Shown piece after piece: positions 41,050 to 53,911 of a DNA stretch of 64,000 nucleotides (its first letter is position 1; every line of letters begins with the position of its first letter). The position numbers and the translations under genes are program-made. Source of the stretch: Octopus vulgaris (Eukaryota); the NCBI GenBank assembly GCA_951406725.2, contig OX597820.1, positions 123,628,001 through 123,692,000 on the forward strand, given 5' to 3'. Under the pieces are notes generated by a model. That model saw nothing but the letters and a program-made list of their open reading frames with translations, was not told where the DNA came from and did not search any database.

Positions 41050-41088
<39 letters not shown>

Positions 41089-41119
41089 GCATATACATAT
41101 TATATACATACATACATAA

Positions 41120-41640
41120 CTGAAAAAAAAAACTGTACACTTGTGGAATTCAGTTTCGAAGCGGATGTCAGCATAAAGTTGAAGATGAGTGAAAAAGAAG
41201 ATACCTACGCTGAACTACTGAGAAATTTGCAGTTGCTCTATCCAGATTACAAGTTCTGGTTTATACCTGTAATTATTGGGGTACTGGGATATGTAACACA
41301 CAGCCTAAATATCAATCTAAATAACAATTAGTCTTCTCAAAATCAGAAAGTAGGAAATTGATTCGAATACTACAGCTCCAATCCATCACTGGAAGTGTAC
41401 AAATCTGAAAAACTTGCTAGAAGTCTATCATTGATGTGTATATGCTCATTTCTACATATGCAAGTATATGCATGAGAATATATACATAAAACAAAGCATA
41501 CAATTCTTCGCGTATACATACATATGTACAAAAATAGCGTGTTGATATTGTTCAAATTCCAATGAAGGACCCTTGGTTCGAGGTTAGAAGCCAGCACTTT
41601 CTCTGTTGGCAATAAATGTTGCAATAAAACTGAATAACAT
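41120..41640 (+). mobile_element. R4/Dong-type LINE 3' end (RLE C-terminus + 3' UTR)
   Basis: CTLVEFSFEADVSIKLKMSEKEDTYAELLRNLQLLYPDYKFWFIPVIIGVLGYV...RKLIRILQLQSITGSVQI; UTR with AATAAA at 41610 and 41623. Confidence 0.8.
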
Positions 41641-44600
41641 ACATAAGATTCATATGCACATGGACACATAGGCACACACACAGATGCAGGAATACACACA
41701 CACACACACACACATACATACATACATACATACATAATATGATATATACATATACAGATATAATTACGTACATACGTGTATATACCTATATATCTGTCTA
41801 ACTATATATATATATATATACACGCACATACATACGTACATACCCACATACATACATACGTACATACATATATACATACATACGTGTGTGAGTAAGCGTG
41901 TGCGTATATGCATGCATGTACTAAAGGTAGAGAAGTTGGTTGTTTGTTTAGTTCCAAGCCGACCTTGCCCTAGCAGACCTATACACAAAGACGATGGATT
42001 ACTGTTCTTTTGTTGTTGAGACAATAGGAAATATTTTGAAGAAATAAGCTGTTATTTCTAGCTGGTACATTGAACACGTTATGGACCACTAATTTAACGT
42101 TTAACAAATTTAGCAACAGACACTTTATTTTCATCAGAGTGGTGTATATTGTCGCCAGGAAATGTTATTAATTAACAATGATAATTAGATTATACAGAAA
42201 TATAAAATAAATCATTGTAGACAAGACGAAAATGTAATGAACATTTAATAGATCATCAGACGACTAGACATTTCTCATTTAAAATCCATAGCTACGTCAA
42301 TGTCTGTCCGATAACTTTTGAAGAACTAACAGCCTCTGTATGCAAAATATAATCTTTCTGTAATTTACATCTTAAATTAGAACTAAAATAAAGAATTAAT
42401 AATTTATTTTCGTTCAAATTATAATGGTTAATTGATTTTTAAACTGAACACGTTCGACCTTTCCTTCTGGTATAGCAGCAATATGCCACGAATAGACAAA
42501 GTGTCTTCACAACCCCTCTCAAAATTAAACCCAATTACTTGGAAACGTCCCTTGATTTACACTTTCGAATCAACTTATATTAATGTTACAGCGAATAAGC
42601 CTTCACTTGGTTTCACTTTTACATGAAATAGCAGCAAGTCTCTCTGAAATTAGACTTCAACGTTTGAACAAGTGAAAAATATACGTTGCACAATAATTCC
42701 TATCCCCGAAGCGGTCGTTGCTATTACCTGGGAAGTGTTTGGTCATAAGGCTCTGATTGCTCCAAAATGTCTAAATACTAAACAGCGGGAGAAACAGTCC
42801 TAATTACACAAACTAGGTAGATAATAGGAAGGTTAAATAGTTCAACCTGTTATGTAATGTCAAAGCTAAAAACAGATGACAACTGTAGTCATTCCAGAGT
42901 GTATTGGCATATTTTAGTCTCTCGGGTAATGTTTTACGAATTTAAATTTAGGTGTAATCCCATGGTCAATCGTGACCAAAGGGTGTCTTTATCCCCTTTT
43001 AACTAAATAGGAACCTTCGATAATTTTGTTTTAAATATAACTATCACTAGCAATCTAACAGCAATTAAAAACTTCTAGAGCATTTATCTAGACTTCCAGA
43101 AATCGAAATCTCATCCCTACAGAGACCCAAACACGAAATTATAAATCATTCAAACATATTTTACACAACACCATCTTCAAATAGGAACTTAGAAAACTTC
43201 CAGTATAATGAAACGTTATGGAAAAAGGTTCTTCACTCACCATCACTTTCCAAGAAAAATAAGTAAAAAAATCCTGGCTTAAACCACAGGTCGTCCTCGA
43301 TGTTTCTCGAAACTTTATTCATAATTAGGTCACGCATTCGAACACGCAGAAACATAAACATTTTTGCGGCATAATGTTATGATGAGTTATATTTACATAA
43401 ACAATATTACTTGCCATTTCACACACGGTAGCAAAATCACTTACACCAACACAATATTGATCTATGTGCAATTCTCGAAATTTAAACTTGTTTCAGTGAA
43501 AGGCTTTTTGCCTATTCAAAGGGCTGACATATCCAGAAGATTTTCATTCCAACGGGTGCTGTCCTAAGTGAATACGCGGAATTTATTGCCAGTAACATTT
43601 ACGCTAAACAAGCAATAAGTTTTACGCTAACTACTCACACTTTCAGGCGCTGGGACAATGAAAATAGTCCTACTTTATCTGGAAGAACCAAGTATGAAAT
43701 GGAATATTTTCAAAGAAGTGGGTCGATTGTCTCTGCAAAAACCTACAACTATATTTTAACTGAAACTTATCCGTCAACAAGAACTAAGATGTAATCTAGT
43801 GACACCAAGTTTCTTTTATTATTATACTATATTCAGATCCGTACTATATATATTATTATACTATATTCAGATCCATCGTTGCATGTCTGTGGCTCTATAA
43901 ATTTCCACTATACTTAGATCTTTCAGCATTTTTTCAAATCTGCTGAAATTTTCTCGTAACTTTAACCACTAACACTACAATCGCCTTACTACCCTGCTTT
44001 CTTTCTCCCTTATCTAACATCCATTACTTTTCGACCTTAGCACTCCCAGTCTAATCCACAACATTATTAAACACTGATCTCTCATTAATATATTCCCCAA
44101 AACGTTATTCCCTTTCATTTCCCATATTATAACATTTATTACTCTGCTCCAGTATCAAATGATATCCTGTCAGTATTGATCCGTTTAGAAATTTTTGGGA
44201 TGTGAATGAAGCGGAAAAAATATTGAATAAATATCATCATATGTTGATAGCATATTTAAAAGTATCTGAGAAAACATGAAAGAGCGATGTGAAATAATAA
44301 CTTTGTTTATAATGCGTACAGAATATTGTCCACTGGTTAATTGTTTTAAAATTTAAACTGAAATGAAGTTTCGTTCGGAATCAATACACAGTCAAATTTC
44401 TACAACGTAATTTTATGCTTCGTAATTTTCTGGAATCAAATGTTAATCGAGAATAAATATAATAAAAGATGCCTGTCTTAAAACAAAACAAAATATCGAT
44501 GGAATATTATAAAAAATTCCGCCTGGCTGGCCTAATCAATGGATAATTATTTGTACAAGATGTGGCAGAGTAATTAGTACGTCAGTTAGCTTGTAGCGTA

Positions 44601-45449
44601 TCAAATTTGCTTTTTAAGCACAATTTGAAAAGTGTCAAAATTTCTGTTAAAAATACTGCAGCAAGTGCTTTACTAAATTCTTTTGTGTCGGTCACAATGC
44701 AGCACTAAACAAACTTGGCAGTTCCATCAACATCTACTAATTTATGCGTTAATGCATATCGTATTTCCGACAACTAGACGAAAATCATGTTTTATAGGGA
44801 CAGCGTGTGTGATGGTGTGTATAACACAGCAAACAAACAATATGAAAATGTCTTTAGACGCCTTTACTCGAGTTAACTTTAAAAAGCAGTGAAATCAGAT
44901 CTTTCGTTTTCACCTCGCCCGAAAGTTTCTTGGAGATATCAATCTTCAGATGTTTCGATTTCATAAGTCTCAGGTGTTTGATAGAACATTTAATGGCCGT
45001 TTGTCTCTTAACTAATTCCTAAAATATCACAATGCATTAAATCAACTGCAATATATTACTCGTACTTGTTTTGTCGGCACTAGACCAGCAGATTATTTTA
45101 GGTGAAATCCCTTTCCCCATGGCCGTAGAACCGAAGAACTCTCTTCACTCTCAAATTCAATTTTGAGAGCCGTCACTTTTGAAGCTAACATTCCTCCCGA
45201 TACTTGAGAGCAGTTTTCACCGATACAAAAACACTGTCCAATACGCTCACATATTCATCCGTCATATTGATGCCCTTCCATTTTCGCACAGCTTACTTGG
45301 ACACTCATTGATGTATACGGCCATTGCGCTAATGATGGATTTGGAGCAATCTCACACACAAGAGAGAAACCAATTTTCTCATATCCTTCCTCAATAGTTT
45401 TCACCTCTTCAGAACTCTTAATTGTTTTGTTGGCACTATTTTTTCCTTC

Positions 45450-45900
45450 ACTTCTCTGTTTTTATCAGCAATCCCCTCCTCTTCACATCGATCAATTACA
45501 AACCTACAGAAGCTCACTAACTCGATTTTCTTCCTCATGTCCTACTCAAAATAAATCTTCCCTACAATTGCCAACCTCTTCTTCGCCACCTCAGGAGCAA
45601 GCATCCTAAAATTGGAGAAAATAAACCATTTTTTCCTATTACACGGTAACCCAAAATATGTTACTGACTTTGCCTTCCACTGAGCCCAATACGTCAAGGG
45701 CACAGCCGAACTCACTCCACGTATAAACCACATAGTCCGGTTTCTCTTCTCTTCTCATTCCATCATGATACTCACAAATTTCTGTATTCTATCCTTCGCA
45801 ACTTTCGCTTCTGTTCTCCGGACTTCCAACCGTTCCAATATTTTCTATGACTCCATAAAAGGAATAAACATCTTTGAAACCTTATGGTCAGTCGTTTTCG
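45450..45900 (-). mobile_element. Possible very decayed ORF1 homolog of the 1165-1600 segment
   Basis: MWFIRGVSSAV...LPCNRKKW...LAPEVAKKRLAIV loosely parallels LTRGDKFATI...LYLGRRTS...PPEVEVGWIVA. Confidence 0.25.
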
Positions 45901-46421
45901 TTTACGCAGCATTTCAACTTGTACCTGATCCTATATAACTTCAGGAGTAACCCCTAACGTTAGTTACAAAATGATCGACCAGTTTACTTCTCCTATAATC
46001 GGGTACACTACATAAATTGCATAAGTAGAACAGTTTATCTTTTGGATAAAGTTACCGTGATTATTAGTTGGACGTTCGTATTAATACCCAGGGAGTACAC
46101 GAAAACGGATTCCAACAGTTTAAGTGGACTGGTCACTCCACCGAATACTTTTCAATCAATATGACACTTTGGATCTAAAGAATCCTACAAGCATTAGGAA
46201 CAGCAGAATATCATCAACTATATTATAGGTGCACATGTCTCAAAAAGTCGGCACATCTTGTGATTCGATTCCTTTCAGTTTCAATAGCTGTGCCTGCTGA
46301 TTTACGGCGCTTGTGCACATGTATGTATGTATGTATGTATGTATGTATGTATGTATCTATGTATGTATGTATGCATGTTCGGTGTATCTGATCCATCAGA
46401 TACAGTTGGACGGGTAACTGA

Positions 46422-46657
46422 CACATATTTCTTTATTACCCACAAGGGGCTAAACATAGAGGGGATAAACAAGGACAGACATAGGTATTAAGTCGATTAC
46501 ATCGACTCCAGTGCGTAACTGGTACTTAATTTATCGACCCCGAAAGGATGAAAGGCAAAGTCGACCTCGGCAGAATTTGAACTCACAACGTAACGGCAGC
46601 CGAAATACCGCTAAGCATTTCGCCCGACGTGCTAACGTTTCTGCCAGCTCGCCGCCT
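46422..46657 (-). mobile_element. Full-length tRNA-derived SINE family A with 16-bp TSD
   Basis: TSD TTGGACGGGTAACTGA at 46406-46421 and 46658-46673. Head GGCGGCGAGCTGGCAGAAACGTTAGC, B box GAGTTCAAATTC and central GCCTTTCATCCTTTCGGGGTCGATAAATTAAGTACCAG, which resembles the Meta-SINE domain as recalled. Confidence 0.93.
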
Positions 46658-48464
46658 TTGGACGGGTAACTGATACCGTCCTCTTAAGCATGTTCCTATA
46701 TATAGCAAAATTTCATTGACAGGTTATCATTGACAACGAAATTCTCTAACATATCGAATCTCTTTTCCCACAATAATCCCCATTCATAACTAATCTATGC
46801 ACTCATCAGGCTATCCCTAGGTAGACATTGGAGAATGAATTGTCGCTGACCTCGATGGAAAGTATGTTTTCGTTCAATGATTCACACAGAAATGAGCAAT
46901 AACAACAAACAACCTATGATAGACTTGTTCCGACTTTCTTCCGTCGTATCTGTGTACTGGTCAGCTTAAGCAATCAAGAGAAGGAACATTCTGATGGGCG
47001 TTTTCTAATCCACACGCTAAAGCTCTCATACGTCACAAGTTGCAGCTTTTGCCTACACAACTTTCTCCTCTTAAATCAATCAACTATCACCATCTCTAAA
47101 AATGACATGCGATTAGGCACATATTTCTCTCCATTTCTCCTTAATTTTCTACAATCCTCTTAAATAATCAATGTATGTGCAAATTCGAAGATATGAAGTC
47201 TTACCCCAGTGAATTGTGTTCATTTTGTCTACTTGAACAGTAAAAACGACAATCACTGAATGAGGAAGAAAACGCCTAAACAATTTACTCGCCTTTAATA
47301 GTTGCAGAACACAATTTGAACGTTATGCCTCCTTGAATGCTATGCCTCACTATCACTGAAGAACGCACATCACACAGCAGAGGCTGTTTCTCATCGACTG
47401 ATGTTCCTCTTCACCACCAGAAAACACTTCAGCCTCCAATAACTAGAACCTCTTTTCAAAATTCCTTTGACGTCTGCAATGGCATTCCGTTCCCTACCTA
47501 GGAGGGTCCTACTACTGTATACACAGAAAAATTAGTGTATCTAAAACCGGCCATTCGTCCGGTTGGCTTAGGTAATATCATTCAAAGACCCATTAAGGCC
47601 TCTGGTGTACTGGCTTGCTGTTTCTTCTTTTTGATTTTTTCTTCCCCAACTAAAACGGCTCCTCTTCCTCGGATCTAGTTGGTCTCATGCCAGTGCCCCT
47701 GAATGCCCTATTCCCTACGCTCAGTCATTCTTTTCCTGCACCTCGGCCCGCGAAAACCCCTCCAAGTGCATATTGTAAATTGCAGGTATCGTTTTGTAAA
47801 CAGTTTATGAGGAACGTTATCGACATCAATCTCATTGCTCTTGGAAGGTTTGCACAAATCCTTTGCGCTTTCCCACCTACACTTGGCTAGTGACATTAAT
47901 TTAGGTGTCCCCAAACCCACCCCTTCGAGAATCTAGAAATATGTTACCACCAAATGTTGCCTTCACTTTGTCAAAAATATTTTAATGTGTATGGATATTT
48001 TCGTGTGTACGTGTGTGTACACAAGCATGTATATATGCATTTGTGTGGGGCAATGGCTTCAAAATGCTGAATGTCTAAATACGAGGTCCTGTGTTCAATT
48101 CTGCGGCTGGGGCAGTTAGAGAAGTACGTTCTGTCAGTCTGGGGATGGCGCGAACATTCTGACAAATATAGGTTTGAGAGAAATCAAGTAGGAACCCTTT
48201 GAATGACCTATATTTTATTTTGAAGTAACAACTTTTTACTTTGTTTCTAATTCAGAATTACATTAAGTGCACACGTGTCTGTAGAATACTCAGCCACTTA
48301 CACTATAGTACTACTTTTAGATTGCTCAGTCGATCGACTAACTCGAATAATCGTGGTAACAGAGAAAGTGCCTTTTACTTACTGACATTTTATGTGCTCC
48401 TATTTAAGAAATACTCATGAATTTATAAATCGGTGTTTCATTTAAGGAACGAGGACAGATACTT

Positions 48465-48830
48465 TAAGCAGAAGGGGTTAGTCAATACAATTAATTAAAA
48501 ATCAAAACTTGTCACTATTTTATTTTATCGACTCAAGGCGAGTGAAATGCATAGTTTACATTCGGGGGAGATAGATTCAAAATGCAAACGGCCGGAACTA
48601 AAATCACGGGGCATTTTCCTGACGCTCTAAGAATTTTTCATGTTCGACTCCTTCCTTATAGAGCAAAGGGTTATTCGCTACCATCGAGCCCAGTACTGGA
48701 TTGTTATTGCATTTTATCTACGTCGAAGCGATGAAAGAGGAAGTTGAAATTGGTGCGATTTGACGTCAGAATGTAAAGAACCGAAACAAATACTACGAAA
48801 TATTTCGTTTGATATCTTGATGATTCATTC
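48465..48830 (-). mobile_element. Two adjacent highly decayed family A SINEs
   Basis: Residual TTTTATCGACTC..GGCGAGTGAAATGC and GCGATGAAAGAGGAAGTTGA..ATTTGA..TCAGAATGTAAAG motifs. Confidence 0.5.
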
Positions 48831-49008
48831 AGTATATCGTTGCCGTTTGCGTATGTATACATAAAAGGATTTAAAATTCAATACAATGTTTTATAAAACT
48901 CGACAAAACACTCCACTACATCCTATTTGCAGTGAGATTTAGTGGGATACACCCAATAATATTTGATACTCACCCACAACTGTCATTAACATCATCTGAA
49001 AATGAGTA

Positions 49009-49244
49009 CAGTAATCCCTCAAATATCGCGGGTGTTACGTTCCCAAAACCCGCGCGATAGGTGAAAATCTGCGAAGTAGTAACACTATACTACTGAATAT
49101 TTTTTAAAACATTTTTATAATTTGTATTTATTTATTTTAACATAAATGCAAAGCAACCACACAGAGGAATCGACGTAAGCTTAAATAAAAAACAGTGATA
49201 TGTGAACTGCGATAGGTGAACCGCGGTATGGTGAAGGAATACTG
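49009..49244. mobile_element. Tigger/pogo-type MITE (236 bp)
   Basis: TA|CAGTAATCCCTC...GAAGGAATACTG|TG; subterminal GCGATAGGTGAA present at both ends. Confidence 0.8.
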
Positions 49245-52053
49245 TGCCAGCTATCTGCTGGAGAAGCTCTTTCTCTCTCTCTCTCTCTTTCTCTCATTCC
49301 ACCTATCACGGAGAGTCAAGATGGAGTCTATATCGACTCGTGACTATATAGTCACCTAAAACAATTAGAAGAAGCATGAATGGTTGACAATCATTTCTTA
49401 GATATTTGTTATTAGTTTGGTTAAGTCGATTGGAAGGATATATGACACGGGCCTTACCAGATTTCCTGAAGTAGATGAGATTGATGTCCTCACCGTTCCA
49501 CTTAGAATAATAAATTCTATAATTCTGACATGGCCAGGTATTTGTAAGTGTAAAACTTGATCTGAAGTATATTCCTGGTTATTATTCATCTATTGAACAT
49601 GATAGATGAACAAGGAAGGGAATTGATAGCTTCTGACTTTCTCTCATAGCTCCAGGATCAAGAAACTAATTAACAGTTATCTATACGATTGATTTAATCA
49701 GTTATACTTTTCATTTAAACATTTCTGAGTAGTACCTGAATCACTGAATCATAGCATTTCCGACGGCGAGAGTAATAATGGGTTTTCTATGAAAGTCGGC
49801 TGAAATAAATGCCACAGACACTTCCATGCGAATGTTGGATTCAATCGGTTTTCCCCACTTTATATATTCGTGAAATATAAATACACACACACATACACAA
49901 ACACACAAACAACCGCAGCTTTAACAAGAAGAAGGGTGTTGCTGATTTCAAATTTCAACCGGTCAGCCTTCGTCCGAAACCTTGAAGTCACTCTCACTCT
50001 TTTGTACGAGTGTATCAATCATTTACTCAGTAAAAAATTTTGAGTATATCTTCAATGAAAAGTTAAATATGTTTGGCCACAGCTTCACATAAAAACAAAC
50101 ATTAATATATACATGCATATAGGTGGTACCAATAAGCGTTCTCACCACTAAGAGGAAAGAAAATTTGTTCCTCCATATTAGCATGAAGAAAGTTCGCATG
50201 TTTCACCCTTGCACTCAGAGGCAACTGTAATTCCTCTCCCATAACTACGCCCTTCAATGCAAACAAACATACGACAGACTTCGACGTAGATGTCATCAAT
50301 TTTATTCCACTCGTTATATATTAGTCATCTCAAATCTATAGAATAGACTTCTATATTTTGCCTCACAATGGGATTGAACCTGTAACTACATGTTAGCATA
50401 GACAAAAGGAAATTGAACGTTGTATATAATTGGAGACATTTTATATCTTTTTATTACATTTTTATCATATATTTTATACAGATTCAGTAAAGGAATTGAC
50501 TTCAATGAAAGGTACCAAAGCAACGTTGAAAATGTTGAACAGAGAAAAGAACTGTATGTCCGATGAAGCATCAATGTTAAGGAAATTAAATCATGCATAG
50601 AGTTACAGAAACGTAATTAAGGAAGCAACCGAGTTCTTCTTAAACAGGATCTGTTATTTTATTACGGTTGCTATATAAGTAAGTAATTAAGAGGTAGTCA
50701 ATAATGTTTTAAATGGCAGATTGGCAGATACGACAGGAAAGAAGATGAATTGCTTCACCTGATTGGGGGTAATTATTTTAGAAGATCAAAATAAGGATTT
50801 TGTGCAGAAATGAGTGACAAATACAGATCAAATTAGTAGATGTGTCTCTGCATCAGTCTACGATATGGATTCTATTGCTCGAGCAATGGAATTATTTACT
50901 TTCCAACTGGCAGGGAGAATTCCACAAACACATATACCAGTAACATTTTCGGGCAGAATCAGCCTGACAGACTCTGTGTCAAAACTTTCTATTTAAAACT
51001 TATACAGTTTCCATCCCTACCTAGCTTCGTTCACATGGAATAAGTCGGCCGCTTGAGACTATAGAAAATGATATTTTGCCCAAGATGGAATGTAGTGGGA
51101 TCGAACCAAGGATCTTTTAGATAAGAATTGGATTTTTAAAAAATACGTTCATTTCAGACGCACTAGATTAATATTGAAAATAGGGCTAAAGGCAAAAGCT
51201 GGCGTGCCCGGTTTCAATATTCTAGCTGTGCAGTAATAGCTAACAATCGTAATATTTTCAAGTGATTGCTAACGGAACTGAGGTAGGCAAAACAGGGAAG
51301 TAAAATATCACAACATTCAGAATAAAGCACAAAACATCCTTCGCAGAAATTTATTTACTACGAATTCGATGCCGCAAGTGTGTCTTGAAGTAGATGCGTA
51401 TGAAATATGAATTATAGTACAAACATTATTTAGTAAACATATAAGGAAACTGATGCAAATACCTACGGAACATAAACAAATAAGAAAACATATTATCTGT
51501 TTAAAAAAAACCAACAAACATAAGCCAGAAGTTTGTTTAGATACAAGTTGTAAGGAGGATAGTTTAACAACACTAATAAGTGTACACAAATAATTTTACT
51601 GAAAATGTGATTACACAATATGGTACTAAGATTATCGCCAGAAAATCTCTAAGAGGGTTAGGGTTAACAGTAGACGAGACGGAGTAAGTATTGGAGAGTA
51701 ATGGAAGATTAAATACATAACACTCAACTAAGATTAATGAGCGCAGGAAAGACTTAATGTATTTCATAATTGCAGCACAAGACTAAATCATTCCATCAGA
51801 AACTACCAAATACAAACAATGACAGCACAATTCACAACTTAAACGCATTATATACGCAGATTATAAACAAAAACTTAATCTCATTAGGAAAATGGAAACA
51901 CATTAGCAGGTATGATGGTTTTGGAATTTCTACACACGAGAGAAGTGTGTTGGAGTTATGAAATATTCACGGAAGCGAAAATTTGAAAATTTGATAACAA
52001 TGCTCTACAAATGGTCTGAAAGAGTGACGAAGTGACCCTGTTCTGACTCGCAC

Positions 52054-52056
<3 letters not shown>

Positions 52057-52108
<52 letters not shown>

Positions 52109-52134
52109 AGTGCGTTTGTATATATGTATGTATG

Positions 52135-52179
<45 letters not shown>

Positions 52180-52485
52180 ATACTATATATATACTTAATA
52201 TATATATATATATATATACACATATATATATATATACATATATTTATATATATATACACACATATATATATATTTATATATACATATATATATATATATA
52301 CACATATATATATATGTATATATATATATATACAGATACATATATTTATATATATATATATGTATATATATATACAGATACATATATTTATATATATATA
52401 TATACACACATATATAAATATATATTTATATAAATATATATATACATATATCTAAATATATATTTATATATATATATATTATATA
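52057..52485. repeat. (CA)n followed by degenerate (TA)n field
   Basis: Directly visible. Confidence 0.95.
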
Positions 52486-52975
52486 ACTGTTAATGTTTAT
52501 TCGTGTGCGGGTGTATGTGTGTATATGTGTGTGTATGTGTGTGTATTCATATGTGGCTATGGATATTGGAGTACAATCCTTGCATCACAATTGTTATAAT
52601 GTCGTATCATTCTTTCTATGTATTCTCCAGTGTAATCAGAATGTGGTAATTTGAGATGATATATTTCTCAGAAATAAAAACAAAGTACTTGGTAAGTTAT
52701 CGAGTAAATGAAGGAGGAGTAACACGAAGGCAAATTTCCTTTATTATAGAAAACATAATGAAATTAAATAAAATAAACAAATCAATAAATGAAAATAGAT
52801 CAGAAATTCTAACATCAAAATGCCATGTAAAAAGGCAATATTAAGGCTTTGTAACCCTGATTAAAAGCTCAGAAATTCTTATTGATCTTTTATGTATTCC
52901 TATAAAAATACGTAACGAATATTTTCTTCTTACTTGAAATATTTGCCGTGTTTTATTTCAACTATTTTCTTACAG

Positions 52976-53100
52976 TTCGATTGCCAATTCTGTATGTTAA
53001 TACAGAAGAAAATCTCAGCCAAAAAATATCCCAAAAGAAAATAAATCCGTTGTTCTTTCTTGCAGAAGACATACATACACACGTTATTTCTCTGTTGCAT
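52976..53100 (+). other. Candidate exon (125 nt, phase 1-0), unverified
   Basis: Acceptor ttttatttcaactattttcttacAG|, open xRLPILYVNTEENLSQKISQKKINPLFFLAEDIHTHVISLLH, donor CAT|GTAAGC. Confidence 0.2.
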
Positions 53101-53868
53101 GTAAGCGTGCTTATTTTTAAGCAGAAACTAATACTTGTAGCATATGAACGCTAGCATTAACATCTGTCATAAAAAAGAAACACTAGAAGATAAAGAAAAT
53201 CTGCAGATTTTAATAACATTAACAACACTTTCTTCTCTAAGTCGATGTGAACAATCACGATGGTAATGATCATGATGATGACGAAAATAATAATAATAAT
53301 GATAATAACAATAATAACAATAATGATAATAACAACATGATAATAACAACTACAATAATAATAATAATGATAATAATAATACAAATGTTTATTCATTTTT
53401 AAAAACTATAATGGTATACCATTTCTTCATTGGTTAACGTTTTCTCGAATATATTTTTTCTCCCTTTATTATACTTTCAAATTTGATGTTGTTGTTGCCG
53501 TTGTAGTTGTTGCTGCAGTAATTGTTTTTGTTGCTGCAGTGGTTGTTCTTGTTGCCATAATTTTTGCTGTTGTTGTTATAGTTGCTTTGTATTATTGATG
53601 AGGTTTGTAATAATTTCGGATGCTTCTTCATGTATTATTATCTTACGAGCAGGAGTATCTCGAGAGAAACTATAACTGAAGGTGTGAAGCGAGAAAACAA
53701 TGAATATTATATAAAGGTAAAAACTTTAAGAACATTGTGACACACATGAGTGGTAACACGTCACACAATGACATCCTCGCTCGAATCCATCTAATCATAC
53801 AATATATATATACATATATACATATATATATACATATATATATATATATGTATGTGTGTGCATTTATG

Positions 53869-53911
<43 letters not shown>

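Noticed and set aside
43817-43874. 24-bp direct repeat separated by 10 bp
   Set aside because: Ordinary small duplication with no element structure.
44915-44952. Minus-strand CUGAAGA-UUG...CAA-GAAAC hammerhead-like core
   Set aside because: No valid stem III/UH site or stem I could be formed.
46570-46657. tRNA-like A/B boxes
   Set aside because: Part of a multi-copy SINE with TSDs; no convincing cloverleaf, so not called as a tRNA gene.
50482-50600. Kinase-like string LKML...EASMLRKLNH after an acceptor-like site
   Set aside because: A stop follows immediately and no other kinase motifs were found nearby; likely chance.
51654-51667. GGGTTAGGGTTA telomere-like motif
   Set aside because: Only two units; too short to call an interstitial telomeric site.
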